A stretch of 64,000 nt of DNA from Trichoplax adhaerens (lineage: Eukaryota; Animalia; Placozoa), in assembly GCF_000150275.1 (NCBI RefSeq), contig NW_002060948.1, positions 1,920,918-1,984,917 on the forward strand. Direction: 5' to 3'. The position numbers and the translations under genes were made by a program. Below the pieces are notes generated by a model. It was given only the letters and a program-made list of their open reading frames with translations. It was not told where the DNA came from and did no database searches. This document shows, one piece after another, positions 12,201 to 25,554 of this stretch (position 1 is its first letter; each line of letters begins with the position of its first letter).

Positions 12201-14370
12201 CTAGCTCATAAGTGGATCGTGACATTTCACCGCAATGATCACTAGTATAAATGATAAACTGTTGTAGAGAAATATTGAAGTCACTGGTTTATTTCTAAAT
12301 TCACTTTGCAATCTTATCCTACGTAAGGAACGGTAACGTTTAATATATGATTTATTTTAAACTAACCCTAATATAATGTATTATAAGCCTGTTAATATCA
12401 GTTTATTTAATCAGGTTATTGAAGATAAGAACAAAAAAGAAATCTATTTAAAGGTAGTAATAGTTTAATAAGATCTTTAACTTGTTTCTATATTAATGTG
12501 ATATAGCTCGAATGTAAATTATCTTCGATAGGTGTACCTTACCAACTTCACAGAATGTTCCGGTCCAATCCCATGGGCACTTACACGTATAGCCATTTAT
12601 ACCATCGATGCACGTTGAGTAAGCATGGAGGCAGGGGTTGGAAGCGCATTCATCTATACCTTGAATTGAAAAATTGAAAGGCAAATGATTTTATAAATGA
12701 ACTTCGTATAATGAGATTCAGAAACTATCACTATTCATCAATATTCGCATTAATAAAATAATGTTTATAGCAATAATGAAATAAAAATTAAAGTATGGAG
12801 GAGTTATTTAGCAAGTTTGAACGCTTGGAATATAAGTTAGCAAAAAACGGCTGATATGAAATTTAGGCAGTTATTTTACCTGTTTGGCAATTTCTTCCGG
12901 TAAATCCAGGCGAACATTTACACTGGTATCCATGTGCATCACTTTGGCTACAAATGCCATTGTTCATACACGGCGAATTTTTACACATATTTACCTTTTC
13001 TAAAATTGTAATAATAGTTTAAGAAGATTAATAATCCTAATATCAACATTACTAGTACTTTACAAAACAATTAAACCGAAGAGTTTAGTAGCTGTGAGAT
13101 AAAAGTGTGGATGCTATACCATGTAGATGTAGTATGAAGCGATCCGTAGAAATAGGAAACATTATCATACTATTTTGAAGTATCCATTAAAAATAATTAT
13201 TAATCAACAGACAATTTTAAGCACATACGGGTTTGACATAGGGAGCCTAGCCATTGGGATTCACATTTTAAGGAAACAATTGTTATTATTCGGCTAAATC
13301 GACCAGAACGCCGACCAGTTAAGATGAGTGCATCATAATGTTTACTATCTATTTTGGCCACTTTCGACATTTGATCGATTAAAACTCTTGAATTATTATA
13401 TAAGACGCCTTCAACAAGGATTTGAATATGAAGAGACTAGAACAAAGAATGTTTTTAAATACAGAAAAATTAGCTGGAAACTACCGTCAAGAAAGCAAAT
13501 CATATGCTGGTACGAACTTGAAATTTAAATTAGCCATATTGACTACCTTGGTTAAATTAAATACTGGAATAGACAGGATCGCTTTACTATTATTGAAGAG
13601 ATCGATGGTGCTATTAGCAAAGGCAATCGCAGTTCCAGCTGGTATAATATTGGATTTGTACTTTCCATGAATGCACTTTTGGCTGCTTGCGTTAGTCTGA
13701 ACCAGACTGGACTGATTGCTTACTTTATTAAGGCAAATTGTAAACTGGTAATGGCAAAGAGAATTATTTTCTGCTACCATCACAATCTTATTGCCTGTCG
13801 TAGTGTGATTTTGGGTAGCATTATTTAAAGCCCATCCAAATTGACATCGAGAACCATTATAGCTCGATTGATTTGGATTTTGATAGTAAATGAAATGGAT
13901 TTTTAGGTGCCCACTCACATCACCATTTGTGTTCTGTAATAGAGTCCAAAATAGCATGGTTAATACATCGCTTTAAAAACAATCATATAAGTATCCTACT
14001 TAGAAGATGTTATAGCATTCAAACATAAAATTTACAGAATGTAAAGTTTGGTATATTTCAAGTGCTTTCATTCGGTGACAGCAAGAAAATTACTTAACTA
14101 ACTTCTATTTTAAGAAATTAGTAAGTTCAATAAAATCTCTAGTAAGATGGATAATCTCGTCATATACGCTAGTTATTCAATATTATATCACTAATTTTCT
14201 TAATTAGCATTGAAATTATTTTCTGCTTTAAAAAACTACGTTAGTAAATGAAAGTCATTCTCTCCCTCCTTGACAGAATAAAACTTTTACAGTCAACTTA
14301 CCTGGATATGAATCAACAGCAGCAATGAAAGGATATACAGAGATTTTTTGAATCCATTGAATCTCTTCAT
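3275..14370 (-). CDS. Jagged/Serrate-like Notch-ligand family protein (SP, MNNL/C2, truncated DSL, ~21 EGF, vWC, juxtamembrane domain, TM, short tail)
   Basis: GT-AG exons in frame. 14370-14302: signal peptide [23 protein letters not shown]. 13933-13547 and 13436-13229: MNNL-like ([46 protein letters not shown]). Single-EGF exons at ~12999-12880, 12659-12543, 11315-11199, 11101-10982, 10860-10745, 9989-9873, 9807-9691. DOS-like exons 9071-9008, 8848-8787, 8625-8554. Further EGF exons ~8135-8018, 7713-7597, 7410-7294, 7183-6473 (6 EGF), 6207-5863 (3 EGF). vWC exons ~5260-5151 ([15 protein letters not shown]) and 5020-4790 ([21 protein letters not shown]). Juxtamembrane exons ~4594-4457 ([12 protein letters not shown]) and 4352-4211. 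TM exon 3510-3275 ([11 protein letters not shown], compare Jagged1 DFLVPLLSSV). Confidence 0.9.
10035..10330. repeat. Intronic degenerate direct duplication (~196 bp spacing)
   Basis: ttgccagctaatta(c/t)cttagcaata ... tctaactatgattttagcgag occurs at ~10041 and ~10237. Confidence 0.65.
11730..12215. repeat. Intronic degenerate tandem repeat, ~4 copies of ~100-145 bp
   Basis: The block ctattat..actttctatttgcatttatcgagcga recurs at ~11741, 11885, 12028 and 12123. Confidence 0.6.
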
Positions 14371-17300
14371 GATAGAACACAAGCCAATAGAAATTAAACC
14401 TATAATCTTCGTCTTTTGCGCACTAAAATCGATTAAATCACTAAAGTTGATGAAAAATATACAAGAATGAGAAGTGAATTGAAGGTGACAACAATGCATC
14501 TCGATATTACTTGTTAATCAGTTCATCTAAGTATAAAATAATTTAGTTTAAAGGTGTAGCCAACTTGACACATGCTAGTATATCTAACTTGGCCGACTTC
14601 TAAAAACAAATATCGTATACAATCTTAAACTACTACTCAGGTCTAGCAGATCACTCAAAATGGCAATAATAAAATATCTAAAGATTTAAATTATTTATAG
14701 AAGTACAAGATTAACTACAATGCCTTGCAAATATTTTGAGGTTAAATTTAACTCTATTCATCAGCCTTGCTTAATTCATAATCTATTCATTTTAACCTTA
14801 TGTGAAAACGTATTTGTAACGCTTATTTTCAAGGTTCCTTAGATCAAGCTTAATATTTGCACAACCCAGAATGTTGCTAAAAAATGCAAGATTACGTTAC
14901 AAATTTTAAATTCAGTTAATATATTAACTAACACCAACATACTGTACGATTTCCGTCCAAATCAAAATTTCATTTAATTTTAGCTTATTACAGCATAATT
15001 GGCAATCGCTGGTTAATAGACTATAATAAACATCTACGCTATCAAATTTCATATGATTTTAGCTTATTACAGCTTAATTTGCCTCTGCCAGGACTAGATT
15101 GTAATAAATCTCTACACTACCAGAACTATTATTAATCATACCAAAGTACTATAATATGAATTCTCAGATACAGATAGTTCTATTCTCCAAAAATGGCAGG
15201 TCTTAATGAAGTTATTTACAACAAATTTTAACACCAAAGTAATGTATGTTTATTTACAATGCGAATACAACGATGTAAATAAGACACTAATAACGTTTGA
15301 AGAAGTGAACAAACATGTGTTTAGATGTGATCTATGTTGGGCTAATTCAAGTTAGATTTGGTATCTGTGACTAATCTGTAAGTACTGTGATATTAATTAA
15401 AAAGAACATTTTAATCATCATGTGCCACGTTTTATAGCCGATTTCTACTTCAAATGCAACAAATATAATCTGGATTAGCCATGATGAAAATTGATTGCGA
15501 TACAGATCGTTTGTAAATAACCAAATACAGTATATTGTAGCTACGAAATGTTAAAGCTACATAGATACAGAATTTCCCGTTGAAATTGAAATTATTCGGA
15601 ATTATAACAAGGGACATTGTAAAATTAGATTTTGTAATTGTCGAACTTCAATTTTCTTATATTAACTAAGTCGTCAGCAACGCTTCGATTTATGAAATTT
15701 ATTTTCCCCTCGAATCGATTCGCAGTAATACGACCACACTTTAGCGTTAAATAACACTTGACGATTACTGTCCTCTTTTCTTTCTTTAAATTACTTATAA
15801 CTGGAAATCTATATCGCAATTAATCGCACAACATAGACACAAAAATATTTACGATTTTAAGTATTTTCATGTATAGTGATACCGGATAGTCTGTATCATT
15901 TTCATGCTTCAATGTAATTGCTATCAATGTTCTCTTTCTTTAAATATAATTTCTATATCCTATGAATTATAACCAATAGCTGCTAGTTACTATATTTATC
16001 TAGTCATTTAGATCATATCGAATACGAGATCTCATTATATAAGTGATTGAATAGACATTTTAATAACGTAAAGTTCGCTATCGCCATCTGCTAGGAGCCT
16101 CTTAATTCTCTCTAGAAACAGATATCAATAAATACTGTTTCTGTACTGCTCACCTATATCATATATATACATTCAAGTCTGGGTTGAATCCTTTTTTACA
16201 ATAATTCTATATTACTGTAATAATGATATTAGCAAAGCATAATTTATCGGAAATAAGAGGACAAAAGTGAGCTTTCAGTTTTCTATCCATGATAAATGAC
16301 TAATTGTTGTCAGACTGTGTAACTACGAATGTAAGAAAAGCTAAGGTGTCTTCTCATTAATTTTTATACATCTAGCACATCGATGTTTACTGAATAAAAC
16401 TTCTTTTATAGAAAGTCAACTGCTAAGTTAGTAGTAATAAAAAATATAATTTTTCAGCGTTTCATGTAATATGGATATAAAATTCTTCAGGCAGCATTAT
16501 TAAACTACTGCCTATTCCATTATGAGGGGAATCTTTTTAGAAAGTATAAATTTATTAGTTACTATCTATTTCTTAGATCATGACCTTATTACAGTAATAA
16601 AATGACTTCAAATCCCTTTACTGTAAATGATCGTACTAAAATTTTCATATCGTATCTAGAAACGATACTTTAAGCATTATAAATGCACTATAACTTCATT
16701 AACATTTAACTAGTGCTTTGCGAGGTCATCGAACTATACAATTTGTATACCTGTTAATGATATCACTTTTTCGGACACTTCTCTGCAACTTCTCGTATTT
16801 AAGGACAGATTATACTTAATTAAAGAAGCCTTTATTGTACCCAATTACAAATACCGACTAGACCAATGTTTTCCTTCCTTGTCTAAAGTATACTTCAGCA
16901 GTATCTATCACATGACAATGGACTGCATACTACTCTATATCCTCATAATTAGGCACTACATTTCGAAAATAGTAAAAATTGAACTAGAGTATTGTATTTG
17001 TTTTGTATTTAGCCCCAAATGAAAATTTAAGCAGGGTATCATATTTGCAGGTAGCCCAGCGCGTGAATAGGTAACTGATTTGCAGTCTAAAAAATCAGCA
17101 AGTGGTTCATGAAAGATTCATAAATTATATAAATAAACAATATTGTTAGCTATTTTGTCATAGCTGTGATGGTACTACCAGCCAATGGCTGATTAATTTT
17201 AAGTCGCCAATCTGCAGGCAGTCAAATATGTGACTGATTGTAGGCCCGAGTAGTATTTGTTTACCGTACCCTAGCCATCAACTGTTTAAAATTAAAACTT

Positions 17301-18299
17301 ATGGCTGATCATTTCATCATGATGGCGATGGCGCTACCAATCAATCGTTGATCAACTACTCGTTAATCATATGATGTTGACCATGTGATTATAGGCATGA
17401 AATGCATTTTTAATGCTATCTAAAGCTAAAATTTATGACTCATGATGATAAAACTGGATACATTAATTAATTTATCACCATGAGATAAACCTGTCAAAGT
17501 TTTCATAATAATTCGAAGTTATGACTCATACTGCAATAGTATACTGTGCAATAGCAGCTAATCCTATTTCAAGGGTAAAGTCAAAAATTTTTTATAATTG
17601 AAACTTAAAAATACGGATAATATTCTTCATTGTCCTATTCTCACTTGCTTAATCTTGATGCTGCTCTATCATACGTATTCATTCGTAGATAAATTACGAC
17701 GTATAAGGTAAAAATATGGATTTAGTTTGGTTAAGATTTAAGCATGATGTTATCGTTGGTATTAGAATCGTTCAATCTACATAAAGCTTCCTTACACTTA
17801 ATTACTAACCAAAGATTTTTTCAATAATTAGTTGTTGATGAAGAGTTTTGTGATATTAAGCTAAGAAACTTCGCAACTACTTGTGGTATTAACTATAGTA
17901 ATCGAAAGAAAACTTTACAATTTTCTGTATTTTATCCTATCCATAAGTTGGTCTAAATATTCAGCCACGCTATGAAGAAGTACGGGACATACGTAGATTG
18001 TTTATTTTAAATTAATGACGAAATTATTTTGTCATTAATTACACAACATGACCTTAGCAGTCTTCTTCATCATTAGTTCATTAGATTTTAATTATTGCTC
18101 CTTTCGAGACAATGAAATCGTTGCTGTTGGATATCTATTCTAATGTCTTTACTGAATTATCATTGTAAGAAAATGCAAATTCACAGCACAATTACAGTTA
18201 CAGTTTGCTAAATTATTCATATGAGTAAACCATCTTGCCATCAAAATAGACCTACATCATCGGTTACTATTTTATTGTTTAGTTTAGAAATACTAATAG

Positions 18300-18750
18300 T
18301 CGTGTCTACTACGATCAGAAAGTAATATAAGAATTACTTAAACTCCATTAGATGATCGTTCATTTCAATTTAGCAAGATCAATGCTCTTATTACAACTTA
18401 AGGAGGGATATTGTGTTTGTGAGGCATTCTGAGGAGCTTGTCGCCAGTACTCAGTAATGGCATGTAGTATACTCTTGCTGATGATCAGAACTAAATTTAC
18501 AAGAATGCATGAAATATTATCAATTAGCGAAATTAAGTTAAAGATACTCCCTATAGTGGTAAATATCATTAATTGACTCTATTAATTAGTGTTAATGTCT
18601 ACTACGATCAGAAAGTAATATGAAAATCGCTTAAACTCCGTTAGATGATCCATTTTATTGCAACAAGGATGATACTCTTCTTATACCTTAAGAAGGGATA
18701 ATGCGCTTGAGATGCATTCTGAGAGGCTTGTTGCTAGTACTTAGTAATGG
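18300..18750. repeat. Intergenic direct duplication, two ~155 bp copies ~293 bp apart
   Basis: tgtctactacgatcagaaagtaatat...aaactcc.ttagatgatc...gcattctgag...gtact.agtaatgg at ~18303 and ~18596. Confidence 0.75.
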
Positions 18751-21700
18751 TATATAAAATTAGATGATAAAATACTTCTACAAATTTGTATTTTATTATG
18801 AAAGTCACAATAAGAAGAAATATTATGAAGATTATTAATGAGTAGATATTACTTATTACACCTTGGTGCAGTATTTTTCGGTGTGATGGCCTCTATTTCA
18901 GTAAAATAAATTACCTTATAACTATGTGAGCTCTTTATCGAAAAATAGTAACAGTATTCTATACAGTAGTGCCAGAGAATGGATTGCGAGAAAGAAATAA
19001 TTGGTGCCTCTAAGTTTTTTGCTTGCATACTTCCACATATGAGTTCAAATAGCAGTCTTACAAGCAATAGGATGGTAAAGCATCATATTTGAAAGATATT
19101 ATTTAGTCTTCATCTCTTCTATATTACCTGGATTGTATCATGTCCATAAGTTACAAAGTGTGAGTGGCATTTCCTATATATCGCAATCTCTAATTCAGCG
19201 ACGCAGTACACTAAATGTTATAACTGTTTAATATTAATTGCAGCAAATATAGTCAAATTTGTTTTCAATCCATAATAGAATACTCAGTTTCATTTTGCCA
19301 GCAATTATTTTATTCCGGTATGAAAAAAATGCCAAAAAATCAGTGCCAACTCTCCTATATCGTTTATGATACATACATTGGGATATCCGGAACAAACACT
19401 TAAAAGCAAATTAATTTATTATATGCATATACCTAGGAGGTGTCTTTTCACGCTATTGCAATTTTACTCCCGCAACAACTTCTATTTATTTTGAAATTGT
19501 CGAAAGAATTTAAAGAATTTCCAGACTACCATCTAATGCAAACACCTCTTTTTAATCCATATCTTTCCATATCATTTCAATGTCGATGCTAGATCAAATT
19601 TTTACGGACTGAGCTTCCTTCCTAATATTCTGCTTAAGTTATCCTAAGCCTCTTGTGTATCTTAGCTGAAACGGAAAAAATCATAGCGTGAGAGTTGAAA
19701 TAGCCTCAGGATGATTCCTTGATAAATCAATGCGTTGTCTATTACTGGTCCATTGAAATTTTCTGCCCAAATTCCGATTCTGGGTCTAACCCTAGTCTGG
19801 AATGAACTATTCATAATTATATTGGACATTTGCCATCACATAGTAGAAAATATGCAATATTAAATTATTGATTTTGTTTCGGTATTGTTACTACGCGAAA
19901 TAATGTACTGGAAAAAATTTTCATTTATTTTAGGTAATAAATTGTTTGATGGCGCCTTGTACTTGCAAATTTGAGTGCCTAAAACTAAATATTGATTACT
20001 TTGAAGTACTGTTATCGAGAGATCAAGTACAATCTACGGTCACAAATTTAGTTCTATTAGGACAAAATTCTAAACGATAATGACTTTAAAACTGATCAGT
20101 ACATTCTTTGAAAATTCGTTCAGATCTTTATCCCCATCGACACTTATAAAATTACTGTTCTGATTTCATATTGCTCTGCAATGAAAGAATTTGGGAATGA
20201 TGCGTATGATTCAATAATGATCAATATTAATTCATAACGATGTAAAAAAGAGAATCGATATCATCCAGAATTATAGTAATGGAGAATAATGACATTTCCG
20301 CTAATTTTACCTATAAGCCCCTTAATTAAAAATATCTAGCTTTGAATATCATTTTATTTTAACTATTTAATTAGCCATATTAAATACCTCTAAGGCATGA
20401 TAACTAATTGGCTGTAGCCGATAATTGACTATAAATTTTAGTAAAGATTTCTTAAATTATACATGCAAATAATCTATCCGTTATTATGATTAGACTTGAA
20501 AACAGACCTAATTATATATCTCAACTATGATCTATAAACTAACTCTAGGCAAAACACGGCCAGGATAGCACGCAGATTTTTGCGGGATTAACTGCAAGTT
20601 AAAATTATATATTGTACTTTTATAAATTTGATCTCATCAGCTGCAGTATATAATTGAGTCTTCTAGTATACTGTGGTAAATATTTATTATTGTTATTAAT
20701 GAAATTAAAATTTAATTATTTCTTGTTATGACTGCAAATTTGTGAAAATACTTTTATGTTTACATTCTTATCAGATTTTGTGATTGTTATAGAATATACA
20801 GCATTAGAGTTACAAGATACTGATCGAAGTAGAATACAGTTTTTAGTTAACTTGGAATACCTGATGTCGATTAAAGTAAAAAAAAAGTATCAGCTGTTGG
20901 CTTTACTTTATTCCTATTGTATTCTTCTATATCATATGAAAGTGATTCTATTTTGATTTACTCTTCGTATTTATTAGACGCAACATGAACTACTAGTAAT
21001 TTATGCGTGGGAGTATGTATTTACTATGGTCAATTGATTGCTAATTAGTGTTGAAATTATTGGATACTTCATTTCTTATTGTAACTTCTAGATCATGACA
21101 ACTATACTTGCCAGAAAGTTCTTAGTCCAGCTACTAATAAAATTTTAGAGTTTACAATCGATCATCGTTGATCAACCTAAATCGTAAACAACTAAGTTTT
21201 ATCAACTTAGTTAATTGTATATTATGGTAGCACATTAAGTTAGAGATACTTTAGAATAGGTCAAGATTTATTTTACCTACAAATTCTAAGTGATATTTAT
21301 CATGATGGTGTTGTAGAATAATTATTGCAATCATCACAAATTTATTAGAATAAGTTTAATCTATCCTTCTGACCTTCAGTTAATTTTTACATAATTCTGA
21401 CCACAATCACAGTACCCATGCTTATGGTATGTTGGCAGCATACTGTTACACTTTATTCTACCATCTACATAGCAAACTATTATCAACATGCTAATTAAAA
21501 TGGCTTTTGCTCAAGGCGTTATTTTATTAGAAGGTAAAGCTAGAAACTATGAGTGTAATGGCTATCATTGTAATGTTCAATTTTTCCGATACTGTTTATT
21601 GCAATCACTATCATTTCCAATACATTCTTGGAAGTATCCAACTACTCACAAGTTGCACCGTTACTTGTCAGTGTATCTTGAATATCTACTGATTTTATAA

Positions 21701-22309
21701 TTGCCTAATATCGTAAACGTTTAAAATATGACACTTGTACTACAGTAGTTGGAATATGAATTATGCTACTCATTCAATATAATATGATGCCTTAGGGATT
21801 GATCTTTTAGTTAACATTAATGCTAATACTAGCACAATTGCAAAGATGTATACTCGGGCATAAAAGATCATCCTTGGGTTTAATATCTGGATTTATGAAA
21901 CATCAACATATGAAAGATTTTCTAGCATTATTGTCCACCTACAATTGAATGAATTTGCTGTTAATAAGAAGGGGAATTTGATGTAATAAAAAATGTCTGA
22001 GCATGAACATCCGCCATTATAACATTAACCTAAAGTTAAAATTACCTGTATTGCTAAATTATTCTCCTAAGATCTTGTATCATTTATTTATGCTAGATGT
22101 TTGGTAGTATATGAACGTGTTAATGATAACCAAGGGAACAAATCTCACTTTAAAAAAGTTTTGATAGTAATTTTTCGATTTAATTACTTATAGGTCTGAT
22201 TTTATAACTGGAATAAATTACTTCCCGTTGCAGATAAGCTTTGTCATACAATATATGCTTGATCTGATAATTGTCTTGGCAAATTTTAAACTATTTTCCA
22301 ATTTAAAAT

Positions 22310-22980
22310 ACACATTGAACTACGTACGACGTAAGACAGTAGTAAATGAATATAGCCTCAAAGCTTTCAAGAACTACGCATACTTCCCAAAAATCTTACT
22401 GACAGGTATTTGTATGGATCAGGAAGATTATAAAAGGCTAGATTGGAACACACGGAACTACAGGAGACAGCAATAAATAGATATATAACCTTAAAACTTT
22501 CAGGAATTGCGCCTATTTAGCACTGATCTTACTGACAAATTTTGTATCAATCAGGGAGAATGTAAAAGATTGGATTAGAACGCACATTGAACTACAGAAG
22601 AAAGTAATAAATGGATATACTGCATAGCCGCAAAGCTTTCAAAAACTACGCTTATTTACCGGAGATCTTACTAACAAGTTTTCGTATCGATCAGGGAAAA
22701 TGTAAAAGATTAGATTGGAACACATATTGAACTATAGAAGAGAGTAATAAATGGATTTTAACCGCAAAGCTCTCGAGAAGTGTGCGCATTTACCACAGAT
22801 CTTACTGACAAGTTTTTGTAGCCATCTGGGAGAAAAAAAGATTGGATTAGAGCGCAGATTAAAGCATAGAAGACAGTAGTAGATGGATATAGTCGCAAAA
22901 CTTATAAGATCTACGCATATTTACCACAGATCTTATTAGCAAGTTTTTGTATGGATTAGGAGGAATATAAAAGATTGGAA
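22310..22980. repeat. Minisatellite, ~134 bp unit, ~5 diverged copies
   Basis: The anchor atcttact.aca.. recurs at ~22393, 22525, 22663, 22798 and 22929, with shared aaaagatt(g/a)gatt and cacattgaacta blocks. Confidence 0.85.
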
Positions 22981-23799
22981 GTAAATTTGAATTGTATAAT
23001 CCATCGTCAACAATACTACGATTGGTATAATATATTGTAAAGGTTATACCACCTATGTCAATATAGCGAATACAACAATTGTATGGAAGCTGCGTTATCC
23101 AGCGATCTAGCTATTAATTATGGATACTATGTCATATTTCATTGTTTTATTAGCATTGTGATCGGAAGATGGTTATCCTATTATTGAGGATTGCCGTATA
23201 GAATTAACATAACTCTTTTGACAGCTATCGTTTCGTTTACTTAATCCGATATGGCATAATGATTCTATTATACGTACTTTTAAGGACTACGAATTATCGT
23301 CACAGGGATTGAGTTTGTCTTATTAGGTAGTAAGTGTATTATATTAGTAGGCTGATATTTTTCGATCTTAATATTTAGCGATCCTATTGGCTCTATAATC
23401 TTTTTATCGTCATAGGTTATCTTGTCTTGTTGATGGCTACGAGTAGTCATGTTTCTAATTATCCGAATGTTTCAAGTAGATGAAGAGTAAAAGAATTATC
23501 ATCAATCAAAATGGTTGTTACCACAAAAATTCTTCTTTCTTTGCTCTACTACTGGATGTTACCTGTCTTGATTTTTTCATTTAGCTATCAGGTAAATGAT
23601 CTATAAATTACTGTCTTGTCGTAATTTTATTTTTTCTCTTATGGTGATACGAATAGTCTGACAAAAATTAGTGTTAGTATTTTTATACCTTATGATGCCG
23701 GTGCTTTTATACATTTGTTTCAACAATTTTGACATTCTTGAAAGATAATCTTACTAATGTAAGCACTAGTAAGATTAACTGACAAGAATGAATAGTAAG

Positions 23800-24356
23800 A
23801 GATTCAGCAGGTAGAGAATTGACAACTTTTGTAGAAGTATATGGTTATAAACTTTATAATATAGAGTAAGATGATTTTAACAACCAGGATCATTAAATAT
23901 CGACGTAAGACTTTCAACAAATGGAGAATTGACAAATTCTTGTAAAAGTCCGTGGTTATAAATCTCAGAATGTAGTGTAAAATGATTTTAACAATCAGAA
24001 ACATTAACTATCAAAGAGAGATTCAACAGGTAGAGAATTCACAACTTTCGTAGAAGTATGTGGTTATAAACTTTTATAATATAGTGTAAAATGATTTCAA
24101 AAATCAGGAACATTAAATATCGACGTTAGACTTTCAACAGGTAGAGAATTGGCAATTTTCTATAGAAGTGCATGGTTAGTAGCCTTATGATGTAATGTGA
24201 AACGATTTTAACAACTAGGAGCATTAAATATCGACGTAAGACTTTCAACAAGTAGAGTATTGACAACTTTTGGTAGAAGTATATGGATATAAAAGTTATA
24301 ATATAGTATGAAATGATTTGACAAACAGAAACATTAAATATCGACGTAAGACTTTA
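23800..24356. repeat. Minisatellite, ~110 bp unit, 5 copies
   Basis: ttcaacaggtagagaattgacaac...ggttataaa...aatgatttt...cattaaatatcgacgtaagac starts at ~23803, 23913, 24022, 24133 and 24244. Confidence 0.9.
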
Positions 24357-25554
24357 CGTAACCTCGAGTTACATAACTTGCAAAGAAACTATTCGATGGA
24401 TTAAGATATAATATGTACGGTACCGCATATTCTCAGGCTAATTTTATCTTAAAATACTATACGTGCAAACATTTTCATTAGTTATTCGTTACGAGTTAAA
24501 TAACGGATATAGACCTGAGAAAGGTTCGGTTCGGTTTAAACCGTTATGATCTATATACGGATACAATTAATAACTGGATTGGTCAGCATTTAGTCAATAC
24601 ATAAAGTGAACGGAGACTGGGAGCTTGTTATTGCAAGCTATGATTCGTTATTACTAAGTAAGTCTACTATATTCATTCACTTCATTTACTGTATTATTAA
24701 CGGTAAAAAAATGCTAAGAATGGTTAGAGAGCCAAGTTTCCAGAATACATTGCTTTACTTAATCAAAATATAGTTAGAAAAACATTGACTATGAGTATAT
24801 CCTGTAGTTCTGAATTAATATTTTAATTGATTACAACCCTTGTAAATTTGTATTGCATCGTGAAGGTTTATTCTAACGGAAAGAAGTGAGAATATCCGCT
24901 TATTTACCGCAAAATAACCTAAGACTGCTAATGCAAATAATATTTGGCACATGCTATTTAATAGTAACGTATCTACAATACTGCATCATATTAATAATAG
25001 TAGACGGACATTTGTATCGTCAAACATTTAATAATAAAACGGTAAAATCTAAAATCTAATTACTTCACTAAGAGGGGCTTATTTAAGACAGAAATGCGAA
25101 TTGTACTGTAAGCCAAAGGCCAAAGCGTCTTAAAATACTGTAATCTGCCTTTAAGATGCAGCTTCCTAATTCTGAGTGAATGAAGAGCAGGGGACTTTTC
25201 GCAATTGATTTTTATAATATATACTACTATATTACCGAACAAATCATCATTAGCTAATCTTCTTAACTTTTAAATATTTAACAAGTGTTATAAGACCGGA
25301 TAATTTTATCACCAGTGTAGTAAGGTCACTGTAATGATTGCAGCCTTTAGTATTGACCGTGATTAATCTTAAGGACAAAATCAGTCCTAGGAATGCTGTA
25401 ACATGTCCGCTAATTAGATCTATGGAGATTATTAAATTTTAATAATAATTTAAGCCAATATAGATTAGCCATGATCGATTACAAGTGTAATTCTAACCAA
25501 GCTTATATTAGTGTTGTATCTATTCTTCATTTGAAATATTATATGCGTGACTAG

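Noticed and set aside
5807-12999. Calling the EGF-rich gene Notch, Crumbs or fibropellin
   Set aside because: No LNR, ankyrin, laminin-G or CUB exons were seen. The N-terminal MNNL-like domain, vWC/juxtamembrane region and DFVLPL TM start point to Jagged/Serrate.
13487-13546. Apparent premature stop after ORF 13487-13957 (pseudogene?)
   Set aside because: A donor AAG|gtagtc at 13547 and an acceptor ttctag| at 13436 remove the stop and continue the MNNL domain in frame.
22310-24356. CRISPR-like periodic arrays
   Set aside because: Whole units are homologous with no unique spacers, there are no cas genes, and the context is eukaryotic. These are ordinary minisatellites.
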